Shown: positions 45,214 to 54,971 of the stretch, one piece after another
How the letters are laid out: each line of letters begins with the position of its first letter
Position numbering within the stretch: position 1 is the first letter of the stretch
Source: Naegleria gruberi
Taxonomy: Eukaryota
Reading direction: 5' to 3' (one strand)
DNA length: 64,000 nucleotides
Assembly (NCBI GenBank): GCA_000004985.1
Contig: GG738853.1
Program-made: the position numbers and the translations under genes
The notes under the pieces: model-generated
Database searches by the model: none
Told to the model about the DNA's origin: nothing
The model's input: only the letters and a program-made list of their open reading frames with translations

Positions 45214-45294
45214 CGCGGTCTACAGGATTCGAACCTGTGCGGGTCGCCCCAATTGATTTCTAGTCAATCACCTTAACCACTCGGTCAAGACCGC
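45214..45294 (-). tRNA. tRNA-Ser (anticodon AGA), type II tRNA with a long variable arm.
   Basis: The sense strand is GCGGTCTTGACCGAGTGGTTAAGGTGATTGACTAGAAATCAATTGGGGCGACCCGCACAGGTTCGAATCCTGTAGACCGCG. The anticodon loop is CTAGAAA, the T-arm is GGTTCGAATCC, and the discriminator is G. It is nearly identical to metazoan tRNA-Ser(AGA). A T-run follows on its strand (plus 45205..45213). Confidence 0.85.
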
Positions 45295-45539
45295 TTCTCA
45301 TTGCAAGGTATGTATTAAGGGATTCGTTCCGGAATATTCCTGCAACACAAAAATTCAATCAATTTGCCAAATGTGAAAAAACATTTCTCAAAAATAATAC
45401 TCCTCAATCAACAGATTCAGACTGCGGATCGTGATATGAAGACCTGAAAATCATTTTGGATGGGAACAATTTTCCTCTCATTAGAAGTAAACAGTTCTTG
45501 CTTTTTACTGAAGGAATAGCATAAAATCAAAATTTCAGA

Positions 45540-45620
45540 CGCAGACTGCAGGATTCGAACCTACGAAGGTTTCCCCAACAGATTTCAAGTCTGTCGCCTT
45601 AACCACTCGGCCAAGTCTGC
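45540..45620 (-). tRNA. tRNA-Ser (anticodon TGA).
   Basis: The sense strand is GCAGACTTGGCCGAGTGGTTAAGGCGACAGACTTGAAATCTGTTGGGGAAACCTTCGTAGGTTCGAATCCTGCAGTCTGCG. The anticodon loop is CTTGAAA. A T4 run lies downstream on its strand. Confidence 0.85.
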
Positions 45621-45900
45621 TTCATTTCACAGTAATATTAAGGCATTTGTGGAAAAATGTCCTTTCAGCAATTCAAACTCTAACTTTTTTTTGATAGAGG
45701 TCATTTATTGGTCAATCTGAGAAGAGGAAATTAGAATAGCAGAAGAATTGAGAGGTTTTGATGAATATACCTCCATTTCAACCAACTCATTTCATAATTG
45801 TTACCTTTGTGAAGGAAACAAATAAATACCAAAGTGTGCTAAAATAATATGAAATAAAACAATTGTTTCAATCTCAATTTATCTTCAAAGTATTTTGAAA

Positions 45901-46791
45901 ATGCACCTTCCTTTACCATGTGGTTTAAAAATTACCCGAATAGGAAAAAAAATGGCAACAACCGAGAGTACTTTATCATCCACAGAAAAGTGTTGTTGTG
46001 GAGGTGATGATTCATCATCAATGAGCACTTCTTCAACTCCATCAAATAGTATTAGCACAATAGTTGAGCCACACATGGTTGAATACAACTCCCTAACAGG
46101 ATGTAAGGAATTATTTTCTACCAATCCAAAGGTTGTTGTTCCTGGAGCAATCTACATTAAAAACTACATTTCGGAAGAGGAAGAGGAGAGAATTATGAAA
46201 TTAATTGACTCTAAGGCATGGTGCCATGAAATTTGTAGAAGAACACAAATGTATGGCTATACCTATTATCATACAAGACATAATCTTCCAACAATGCAAC
46301 CAGTTAATGAGAGCTCTTCCAATTATCAACATTTGGATTTGAAGGAATTTGATTGGCTTATTGAAAGACTTGTGGAACGGGATGGACTGTACAAGACTGA
46401 TTATGGAAATCCAACACAATGTCTTGTGAATGAATATATTGGAACACAGGGAATTAGTAGTCATGTTGATAATCCTGGTCCGTTTGGAGATATCATCACA
46501 CTGGTTTCACTCAACAAACCAATTTACATGGTTCTGAAATTGGCATCCAATGAGAATATTCAAACTAAGATTCTACTCGAACCAAGAAGTTTATTTGTAA
46601 TGAAAGACGATTCCAGATTCAAATGGAAACATGGAATTACCCATATGAAACAAGTCTACGTCCCAAGCACTGGTGAAACATTAATAAGGGATGAAAATTA
46701 CAGAAGAGTGAGTCTCACCTTTAGATTTATCAAAACAGATGGAACGAAGAAAGTTACAAATGAAGATCCAAACGCTGATGCCTTGTGGTAA
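45901..46791 (+). CDS. AlkB-like Fe(II)/2-oxoglutarate-dependent dioxygenase. The start is ambiguous: ATG at 45901 or 45952.
   Basis: QCLVNEYIGTQGISSHVDNPGPFGDIITLVSLNKPIYM ... RVSLTFRF is the AlkB-homolog double-stranded beta-helix core, with HxD...H and RxS. Confidence 0.7.
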   Translation: MHLPLPCGLKITRIGKKMATTESTLSSTEKCCCGGDDSSSMSTSSTPSNSISTIVEPHMVEYNSLTGCKELFSTNPKVVVPGAIYIKNYISEEEEERIMKLIDSKAWCHEICRRTQMYGYTYYHTRHNLPTMQPVNESSSNYQHLDLKEFDWLIERLVERDGLYKTDYGNPTQCLVNEYIGTQGISSHVDNPGPFGDIITLVSLNKPIYMVLKLASNENIQTKILLEPRSLFVMKDDSRFKWKHGITHMKQVYVPSTGETLIRDENYRRVSLTFRFIKTDGTKKVTNEDPNADALW

Positions 46792-47114
46792 CAATCAATG
46801 ATGTTCGACAATAAACCAAGTTAGTTCATATCTCTGTGACTCTATTTCATTATCTAGGAAGTTGGGAACAATGGTATGATCTCAAATATCAAATGCAGGA
46901 CTTCCATTGAAGAGGATCTTCCTGACAAAAATAATAACTCAACTGTCACTAACAAAATCTTCTGCATTCTTCTTCATCTCAATATTTAACCTTCTTCTAT
47001 TAATTAATTTAATTACCTTTACTACAATTTATTATTACTGTAGTCTTGGACTAATTTGAAATAGCAAAACAACCCTTTCAGTAAAGAGTTAAATAATCCA
47101 GCGACACTTCTGAA

Positions 47115-48788
47115 ATGTCCATTCATGCCTTTATCACTCTCGGTGATTTTCAAATGCATAATTATCCAGAAATAACATCAGTGGATTCATCACCAGCCAA
47201 AAACTGGTCAAATATCGACCACTCTCATCAAGAGTACTACTCCCTTTCGAATATTATTAATTTTAATAGTAACACCTCGGAAACTTTTGCTGATGCTCAT
47301 CATCAAGAATTTAATTACCATTATCATCATCATCAGGAAGAGAATAATTATCAGTGTCGTACCACTCGTGCTATTAATAAGACCCGAATCATTCCCTTCA
47401 CTGATAAGGATGGAAGCATTAACAATAGAAGTAATATAGGTAGCATGGAAGAATTTCCATCATCACCATCATCATCAGCTCATCTACAACCAATCTCCTA
47501 TTTATCATCATCAGAGAGTTGGAATTATTCATCATCAACAATATCAACTGAAGAAAATTGCCTTGATGACTATAGAGTAGAATCACCAACAAGTTATTCT
47601 TACTCAACTAATACCGAAGAAGAAGAAGACTGCAACGATAGTTGTTTTGCATCATCATCAACATCATTCTATTATACTACCAGTAACGAGAGTTTATCTG
47701 CTGTTTCGTCAATAGTTTCTCTTGAAGAATTAAGTAATACAATGCCAATTCAAAAGAATAGTTCAAACTCCAACTTTGTACAAAGTGGTGACAGTTTTGA
47801 GGATTTGTCAATTCTCAACGATTCAGATATCATGGTTAGGGAAGAGGAAGATTGGATGTGTCTTCTTTTTCAAGATGGATTAAGAATGATTGATATTGAA
47901 TCGAGAGAATGGATTTTGGAACAAGTTGACTTTGATCAAGATTGGCAATATGTTGCTTGTTCGAATGTCTATTCAAAGAAAAAGTCAACCAACTCACAAC
48001 TTGAAAGAACTAATGTTTCAATGAATTTGAAGAATTTGAAGGATTATATTGATTGGAAGGAGTGTAAACAAGTCACTCATGTAAATAAGTATTCCAAGTT
48101 TGCCAAAACTGCTGGTAATATTCAATATTACAAACCAGCTCAACCAATTGTGAAAAAGAGCAAACTAAGCAAGGGTGTAATGGACTTTGTTTCGTCTGAG
48201 AATTTTGGAATGGCCACCATGTTGGTTTGTCCTCCTTTAATACTCGCTCATTGGTATGCTGTTTATCAAAAGGAAAGTATAGAATTGAATAGTGCCCAAT
48301 ATTTCGAATCTGAATGGGTATTCAATAATAGAGAACAATGCCTGGAATCAGTTGCCATTCTAAAGAGTTATCCTAAATACATTCAAAAACATATCAACCG
48401 ATACAGTCAAGAAGAATTAGACAAAGTCTTTCCAAAGAAAATTATTTCCAAGAGAATTGCCTACGACTATATTCGAAAGCACGGATTTAACATTGAAAAA
48501 GTTGAATCCAAAACTGGATCTACCACTCCTACTTTCTGTATCAAGTGTGGATCTGAAATTTTAATCGAGTTCATTTCCTCATTCCAATTTTGCCTTAACC
48601 TTATCAAGTTGTTTACTTTCATGTCAGTTTCATTCATTTCAAGAACTATGGCTCTTTCAGTCAATATTCTGTATGAACAATTGAGACGTGTCAATGAAGA
48701 AACTTCACACAATGAGGAACCTTTACAATCATCACCAGATGGAGAAGCCATTCTTTATCATACAAAGTTAATTTATTCATGTGAATAA
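47115..48788 (+). CDS. Hypothetical Ser-rich protein (557 aa).
   Basis: A long ORF with an ATG start. Low-complexity S/N/H-rich N-terminal half and a globular C-terminal half. I recognise no domain. Confidence 0.45.
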   Translation: MSIHAFITLGDFQMHNYPEITSVDSSPAKNWSNIDHSHQEYYSLSNIINFNSNTSETFADAHHQEFNYHYHHHQEENNYQCRTTRAINKTRIIPFTDKDGSINNRSNIGSMEEFPSSPSSSAHLQPISYLSSSESWNYSSSTISTEENCLDDYRVESPTSYSYSTNTEEEEDCNDSCFASSSTSFYYTTSNESLSAVSSIVSLEELSNTMPIQKNSSNSNFVQSGDSFEDLSILNDSDIMVREEEDWMCLLFQDGLRMIDIESREWILEQVDFDQDWQYVACSNVYSKKKSTNSQLERTNVSMNLKNLKDYIDWKECKQVTHVNKYSKFAKTAGNIQYYKPAQPIVKKSKLSKGVMDFVSSENFGMATMLVCPPLILAHWYAVYQKESIELNSAQYFESEWVFNNREQCLESVAILKSYPKYIQKHINRYSQEELDKVFPKKIISKRIAYDYIRKHGFNIEKVESKTGSTTPTFCIKCGSEILIEFISSFQFCLNLIKLFTFMSVSFISRTMALSVNILYEQLRRVNEETSHNEEPLQSSPDGEAILYHTKLIYSCE

Positions 48789-48794
48789 ACATTT

Positions 48795-49349
48795 TCAAAA
48801 TTCCATTCTCAAACTTCTATACTTTCTTACTATTTTTCCAAGTATATATCCAGAGCAAATTCCTAATAGCAAACTAGTCTTGTCTCCACTGATAAATTGT
48901 AATGCAAATGCTGCGAAACCAATTTCAATTTCTGATCTAGTTTTAAGATAGGAGAGATAGCCCAAAATGATATTACCAAAACCGAGCATGTGTCGATGTT
49001 GGAAGATCTTTCTCGATGGATCTGCAAACATCTTTTTGAAAATCAAATCAATGCAGACATTCACCATCAATAGACTGATCGTGATAGCAATCACTGTGAA
49101 AGATGAATATTCTCTTCTTTGGAAGAGCTTTCCTGATAACCAGAGACCATACAAGCAAATAAGAAGATGAACAACATTCCGATGAAACAAGACACTGCTC
49201 AACACCTTAAAATAATCTCCCTTTTCATAAATTTCAAAATAATTGTGTCCCACCTCATGTTCAATCGGTACAAAGGTGAATAGAATGATCAGTACGACGA
49301 TCATAAACCAAACAAAACTCAAATTTTTCATTTTTTGCCTTAATTTCAT
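48795..49349 (-). CDS. Rhomboid-like polytopic membrane protein, probably catalytically inactive (tentative).
   Basis: FHRNVVHLLICLYGLWLSGKLFQ matches the rhomboid TM2 HxxxN...HLxxN...G motif. The GxSG position reads GFGN and the TM6 His is absent. Confidence 0.4.
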   Translation of the reverse strand: MKLRQKMKNLSFVWFMIVVLIILFTFVPIEHEVGHNYFEIYEKGDYFKVLSSVLFHRNVVHLLICLYGLWLSGKLFQRREYSSFTVIAITISLLMVNVCIDLIFKKMFADPSRKIFQHRHMLGFGNIILGYLSYLKTRSEIEIGFAAFALQFISGDKTSLLLGICSGYILGKIVRKYRSLRMEF

Positions 49350-49386
49350 GTACTGGTAAGATGATACAATGATCCTCCAAATATTA

Positions 49387-50196
49387 GAAAAAATATTACC
49401 TCATATTATGATGATCGTTTGTCTGGATTAATTGATGATTGCGAGTATTTAGGGTGGTGGTTTAAAAAACATCTTGATTGTGAGCATACCATCATTGTAG
49501 AAGTATCGGTTCTTGATTTGTTTACTTATATGGAAATCGAATTCGATAAACCATACAATACTCATGAAGAACGTGAGAAGAATGAAACCTCACAAGATTG
49601 TAACGTGTCCATCCACGAATTTAGTGCAGAGGAAATCCAAGAAACGAAAGAATCAAAGATATTTGTGTTACTAGCTCTAAGTGGAGCTGGTTAGAGCCAT
49701 TCTCTATTCTATTTGAATACTAGCAACACAGCATTCACCCGTCCAATTGATTTCGGGTCTATTGAGGACAAACCCGTTCTACTGTCGAATCTTTAGAATA
49801 TATAGTCAACCAAGTTAAAAAGTTAAAACCAAACATAGATACGGATGAAGAAATCCAAAATGAAAACCAGATATTTGTTAATAATATTCAAGCAGTGCTG
49901 CAAGCTCTAAATACAAAAGTCTGTACTCCCAATGGAAAGAACGATTACGTTTTCTAGTGAAAATAAGAGATCAAAATATTTATTCTGGTGAGGAAGGTAA
50001 GGAATTTGAAGATCCCAGCCTGAGAATAGTATTTGACTATACTTTTGAGAATATTCAATTATTTAATCAATATAAGGAAAAAGTCACAACTAGTGATGTT
50101 GTAATTCTATTCAGTAAGGCTAATAATGTTGTTATTAATTACTTCAAAACAACATTTCCATTAATTTATGCAGCACTTAACGAATTCAACCATTAA
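49387..50196 (+). CDS. Hypothetical multi-exon gene; structure unresolved. Coding-like segments: 49387..49690, ~49840..49950 and 49957..50193.
   Basis: Three consecutive plus-strand coding-like segments that lack an ATG or are separated by in-frame stops: ...YYDDRLSGLIDDCEYLGWWFKKHL...SGAG; IDTDEEIQNENQIFVNNIQAVLQALNTKVCTPNGKNDYVF; YSGEEGKEFEDPSLRIVFDYTFENIQLFNQYKE.... I could not resolve the splice sites. Confidence 0.25.
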
Positions 50197-50371
50197 ATAT
50201 ACTACTACTAATTACAAGTGAGAAACTTCATTGCAAAAATAATAAGATTTCCCGCCAAAATTATTATTCCTGTTAAAGAGAATCACGTTTTGCAATTTTG
50301 GGTAATCAAGGCAAGGTTTTTTGTGACGTGTAAATTTCTCACACTTGACATTTGTAGCTTTTCAAAAAACA

Positions 50372-53300
50372 ATGACCCAACAACACTTCAGCAGTATTCA
50401 TCATTTCTTCACTTTGTTTCTTCTGCTCGTGATTATTCTTTCCACTACTACTAATATTACTTTCGTTTCCGGTCAAGCTGTTTACACTAGTTCTGTTATC
50501 GGTGGAACATTGAACGAAACAAGAGCCATCCATGCCAAAATTATTATCTTTGACAATTATGTTGGTCGTCAATTGGCTATCTCTGCCAATGGTGATATGT
50601 ATACAACTTTGGGTAGAGGAACTGTTCGTAAAATTACTTCTGATGGATTATTTGTTCCATCGGTTGCTGGAATTGAGACCAGTTATGGATTTAGTGGTGA
50701 TGGTGGGTTGGCAATTCATGCACAACTGTCATATTCGCTGGGTATATCTGTTAATCCAATGAATGGAGATGTGTACATATGTGACATAAACAATCATAGA
50801 ATTAGAAAGGTGTCGTCTGATGGTGTTATTTCTACCATCGCTGGAACTGGTAGAACAACTTTAAATCCCATCTCTCCAAATACGTACCGTCAAGAAGGAG
50901 GTTACAATGGTGATGGATTGGCAACCGCAACAGATCTTAATTATCCGAAATATGCTCAAGTTGACTCAAAGGGAGATGTCTATTTTGCTGATACATATAA
51001 TGGACTAATTAGAAAGGTTTCCAATGGATATATTACAACAATTGCAGGTTCAAAGCAAAATAGTACAGTTAATACATTTGGTATGGCCCTTAATACTACA
51101 TTTGGAGATTTGAAATCTTTTTCAATGAATTTGAATACTGGAGATTTGATGATTTATTCAAATAAGGGAATATTTAGAGTATTTTCAAACGGTACTGTTG
51201 TAGTAATACGAAACAGTTTGCTTATTTCCAATAATTATTTTGTTGACATTACATTCAAATCTGATACAGAAGTTCTTTTTGGATTGACCAATTCTATTAT
51301 TTCTTACAATTTAGTTACCAACACTTCCACTGTATTGGTAACAGTTATTTATTTATCAGGATTTACAATTTATAGAGATGAGATTTACATTACTCAATCT
51401 TCAAGAAATCTTGGACAAATCAAAAAGTTATCAATTATTGAAGGAAAAGTTAAAATTATACCAATTGCAGGAATTGAAGATGAAATGTTAGATCCATCCT
51501 ATTCCGGTCCTGTTCAAAATGTTTCTCTTCTCAATGCTAATAGAATTACAGTTAGTTCCTCAAATGAAGATGTGTATTTTAGTGAAACATATTTTAACAT
51601 TGTAAGAAGGATATCATTAAGAACAGGAATTATCTCAACAATGACTGGAACTGGTGTCTGTGGTTACATGTCAGATGAAGATGTTGCAACACAAGCTAAA
51701 TTGTGCAATCCAGTTGGATTAGCAATCAATGATTTGAATGAATTATTCATTGCAAATTCTAATTATCCTGCAATTGTCATGGTAAACAACAGTAGAATTG
51801 TTCCAATTTGTGGAAATGGAGAGTATGGTAGGTCTGTAGATGGTATTTTAGCAGTAGATTCCAAGCTGGTCAATCCTACTGAAATTTCCTTAAATCCCTT
51901 AACAGGTGAACTTTATATTTTGGATGATTACAAGGGAGCTGTAAGGAAAATATTCAAAAATGGAACAATTACTAGCGTAATTACAAAAAATTCAGGTTCT
52001 AGTGAATCTATTGACTATATTGCAGTCAACCCAAAGAGTGGTGAATTTTATTTTCTTTCCAATTCAATACTTTACAAAATGACAACCAAAGGAAGAATAG
52101 CTGTTGCAGGATCAGGTACATCATATGAAGATGGTGTTTTGGCAAAGAATTCTAAATTCAATTCTCCAAAATCAATCGCTTTCAATCCAGTAACGAATGA
52201 CATTCTAGTTACAAGTGACAATTCTATTCGAATCATATTAAGCAATGGAACAATTACAACTTTGAAATATACCAATACTGATCCATTTCCACTTTCTTCT
52301 TTAGAAGGTATTGCTGTTAGCTCAAGTGGTGATATCTATATAGTAGATGCAGGGAATTATGCTATTAGAAAGTTGACACAATGTCCAAATGGATGTTTTT
52401 ATGGACAGTGCAAAACTCCAAATATTTGCACTTGTGATAATGATCATTATGGAATTGATTGTTCGAATAGAATTGATTGGGAATCAAGAACTGCTGTCAT
52501 TATTGCACCAATTCTAGTTATATTACTTATGGGTATTATGATTATTGTAATTGTATTAATTATTTTGATTTATTATTTTAGAAAATCTATTTCAGTTAAA
52601 ATCCAACAAGTTTATGATAATTTAAAACCAAAACAAACAAATATTGAATTGAATCAATCATTGTTGGATTATCAACAACCACAATTGTTTAAAACTAATA
52701 ACATTTCAATAGAGGAAGGATTAATGAATGAAAATGATGATAGTGACGATCCTGTTAATAGATATGAGATTTTGGAAAGAATAGGAAGAGGAGGATTTGG
52801 TTCTGGTAAGTTTATTGGAAATATTTTTATTCGAATCTTTTCCTTATTAGTTTATAAAGTTAAATATATTCAAGATGGTTCGATTAGAGCCCTTAAAACA
52901 CTCAAATATGCTAACATTGAAGAGTTGAATTTAGCAATGAAAGAAGGAACCCAACTAATGAATTTATCACATCCAACCATTTTACATGTGAATGACATTT
53001 TTGTGGGTAAAAATAATTTGATATACATTGATATGGAGTATTATGAACAGGGAGATTTATGTTCTTTAATTTCAAAATCAAATGAACCTTGTAAGGAAGC
53101 AATCATTCTTCAAATTATGAATCAAATTTGTTCAGCTCTTCATTATGTTCACACTCAATTGAAATCCATTCACAGAGATGTTAAACCAAATAATATATTT
53201 ATCAAATCAGTCCATGATAATTCAATTCAGGTTATTTTAGCTGATTTTGGAATGGCTAAACAAAATCAAGGATCTTCAAATAACTCATATGCAGGCACTC

Positions 53301-53608
53301 CATTATTTATGAGTCCTGAACTTGCAATGGGATCTAAATATTCATTTAATACTGATATATTTTCATTAGGAGTAACTATTTATCAAATAATGACCAAGGA
53401 TAGTTCTATTTCTGTTGGTCAATTGCACCTTTGTAAAGATTCTACAAGTGTTAAGGAGATTCTAAGAAATAATATGAGTCAAAGTGGAATGTATTCGGAT
53501 AATTTGATTGAAATTGTAATTATGACTTTAGAGAAAGATCCTCAAAATAGAATTGACTCTTCTCAATTATTGGAAAAGATAAAGATGATGGAATCAAGTC
53601 ACCAATAA
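50372..53608 (+). CDS. Receptor-like Ser/Thr kinase with an NHL-repeat beta-propeller plus EGF ectodomain; exons 50372..52805 and 52851..53608, with a 45-nt intron.
   Basis: It has a signal peptide (LFLLLVIILSTTTNITFVSG). NHL-type repeats recur (YICDINNHRIRKVSSDGVISTIAGTG, YFADTYNGLIRKV, YIVDAGNYAIRKL). An EGF-like module follows (CPNGCFYGQCKTPNICTCDNDHYGIDC), then a TM helix (VIIAPILVILLMGIMIIVIVLIILIYYF). The kinase reads GRGGFGS|VYKVKY, with the GTAAGT...TTAG intron inside the G-loop. It carries HRDVKPNNIF, DFGMAK, GTPLFMSPE and NTDIFSLGVTIYQIM, which are NEK-like motifs. Confidence 0.8.
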   Translation: MTQQHFSSIHHFFTLFLLLVIILSTTTNITFVSGQAVYTSSVIGGTLNETRAIHAKIIIFDNYVGRQLAISANGDMYTTLGRGTVRKITSDGLFVPSVAGIETSYGFSGDGGLAIHAQLSYSLGISVNPMNGDVYICDINNHRIRKVSSDGVISTIAGTGRTTLNPISPNTYRQEGGYNGDGLATATDLNYPKYAQVDSKGDVYFADTYNGLIRKVSNGYITTIAGSKQNSTVNTFGMALNTTFGDLKSFSMNLNTGDLMIYSNKGIFRVFSNGTVVVIRNSLLISNNYFVDITFKSDTEVLFGLTNSIISYNLVTNTSTVLVTVIYLSGFTIYRDEIYITQSSRNLGQIKKLSIIEGKVKIIPIAGIEDEMLDPSYSGPVQNVSLLNANRITVSSSNEDVYFSETYFNIVRRISLRTGIISTMTGTGVCGYMSDEDVATQAKLCNPVGLAINDLNELFIANSNYPAIVMVNNSRIVPICGNGEYGRSVDGILAVDSKLVNPTEISLNPLTGELYILDDYKGAVRKIFKNGTITSVITKNSGSSESIDYIAVNPKSGEFYFLSNSILYKMTTKGRIAVAGSGTSYEDGVLAKNSKFNSPKSIAFNPVTNDILVTSDNSIRIILSNGTITTLKYTNTDPFPLSSLEGIAVSSSGDIYIVDAGNYAIRKLTQCPNGCFYGQCKTPNICTCDNDHYGIDCSNRIDWESRTAVIIAPILVILLMGIMIIVIVLIILIYYFRKSISVKIQQVYDNLKPKQTNIELNQSLLDYQQPQLFKTNNISIEEGLMNENDDSDDPVNRYEILERIGRGGFGSGKFIGNIFIRIFSLLVYKVKYIQDGSIRALKTLKYANIEELNLAMKEGTQLMNLSHPTILHVNDIFVGKNNLIYIDMEYYEQGDLCSLISKSNEPCKEAIILQIMNQICSALHYVHTQLKSIHRDVKPNNIFIKSVHDNSIQVILADFGMAKQNQGSSNNSYAGTPLFMSPELAMGSKYSFNTDIFSLGVTIYQIMTKDSSISVGQLHLCKDSTSVKEILRNNMSQSGMYSDNLIEIVIMTLEKDPQNRIDSSQLLEKIKMMESSHQ

Positions 53609-53959
53609 ATGAGCTATTTCACCATTTTTTTAATCTTTATCTTCAAGATTTTATTCAATTAGTAGAATGTAGAGAGTAATGGAATATGTAGAAGCAAATT
53701 GTAAACATCAAATAATATCCATTCTCACAAAAATCTCATAACTAAAATCCATACAAATCCATTTCTACATATTAGGAAAAGTAATCGTCAGCATTATCTT
53801 GATGGTCACATGGTCACTGTCATCTGGAATTTCCAGCACATACTGCGTGAGCACTTTCCTTTCAACATCTAACATCTCTGATTATTATCATCATTGAGGC
53901 TATTTAAACTTTCCATATCGAATACATGCACAAACAACATTCAAAAAAAACAAACAAAA

Positions 53960-54851
53960 ATGGTGCGACATGCAGTTGGTGTTGGAATGAGTGTCATGAT
54001 AGTTCTCTTGTTGGTTATTGTTGTGATGATCAATGTGATGGTCGAGGCTCAGAATATTGATCACTTGTTTCCGTTGATTGAATCATTGAAGGAAGAAGAT
54101 GAATTAGACTTGAGAGGAATGAAATACAACGAAACACAAGTAAGTATAGAGTTGATTGTGTTGGATAATTGAACTCGCTCCAATAATAATGATTACTATT
54201 GAACGATATTGATGATAATAGCCTATTGTTAAAAATCCAAGTGAATTTACTGGATATCGTGTTGGTTTGATTGCTTCTCATTGTTTTGAAGAATGCGAAT
54301 TGACCTTCCCTTATCTCTATTTTGCTGCTCGTAATGCCACATTGGATGTTATTGGACCATGGTGGGTAAAGGATGGAAAAATTGCTAGTTGTGAATTTGT
54401 TAGAGTAACCAGATATGCCAAGAGGAGCTTTGATTTCAAACAAGCTCTCTCTCAAAAGTATGACGCCTTGATTGTGGTGGGTGGAATATGGTCTTCAACT
54501 GTTGTCAGAAATGATGGAGATGCTATGGAATTGATTAGACAACAAGCTGCTAGTGGAAGATTATTGGCTACTGTTTGTTCTGGATCTACAGTTTTGATTA
54601 ATGCAAAATTGATTAAACCTGGAATGCAATTGACTGGTAGTCCTTCCATTGCTATTGATTTGGAAAATGCAGGTGCCAAGTATTTGGATGTTCCAGTGGT
54701 GAAAAGTACTACCAATTTAATTACTGGTCGTTCTCCAGGTGGTTTGGATAATTTACTTTTCACTGAGGAAATTGCCAAGCATTTGAAAGCTCAAAAGAAA
54801 TTGAACAAATTGCTCAAACAATTTAACAAGCTCTTGAATAAGCAAAATTAA
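53960..54851 (+). CDS. DJ-1/PfpI (ThiJ) family protein with an N-terminal signal anchor; exons 53960..54139 and 54222..54851.
   Basis: Exon 1 reads MVRHAVGVGMSVMIVLLLVIVVMINVMVEAQN...KYNETQ, then GTAAGT; the intron is 82 nt and ends ...AATAG. Exon 2 reads PIVKNPSEFTGYRVGLIASHCFEE...YDALIVVGG...LLATVCSGSTVL, with the nucleophile Cys in the CSGS elbow. Confidence 0.7.
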
Positions 54852-54971
54852 ATTCTCGAAAGTCTGACATCTCACGTTCCTCTTTTATATTTGAAATGAT
54901 GTTTTGAATTTGTGTGAAAGTCAAAGAGAGTATTTAATTTAAATAATTGTTGAGATTAAAAAATAAACTAA

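Noticed and set aside
45214-45294. First parse of the anticodon loop as GACTAGA (anticodon CTA, a potential amber suppressor).
   Set aside because: Re-registering the anticodon stem (ATTGA/TCAAT) gives the loop CTAGAAA with anticodon AGA. The long variable arm and near-identity to metazoan tRNA-Ser(AGA) confirm an ordinary tRNA-Ser.
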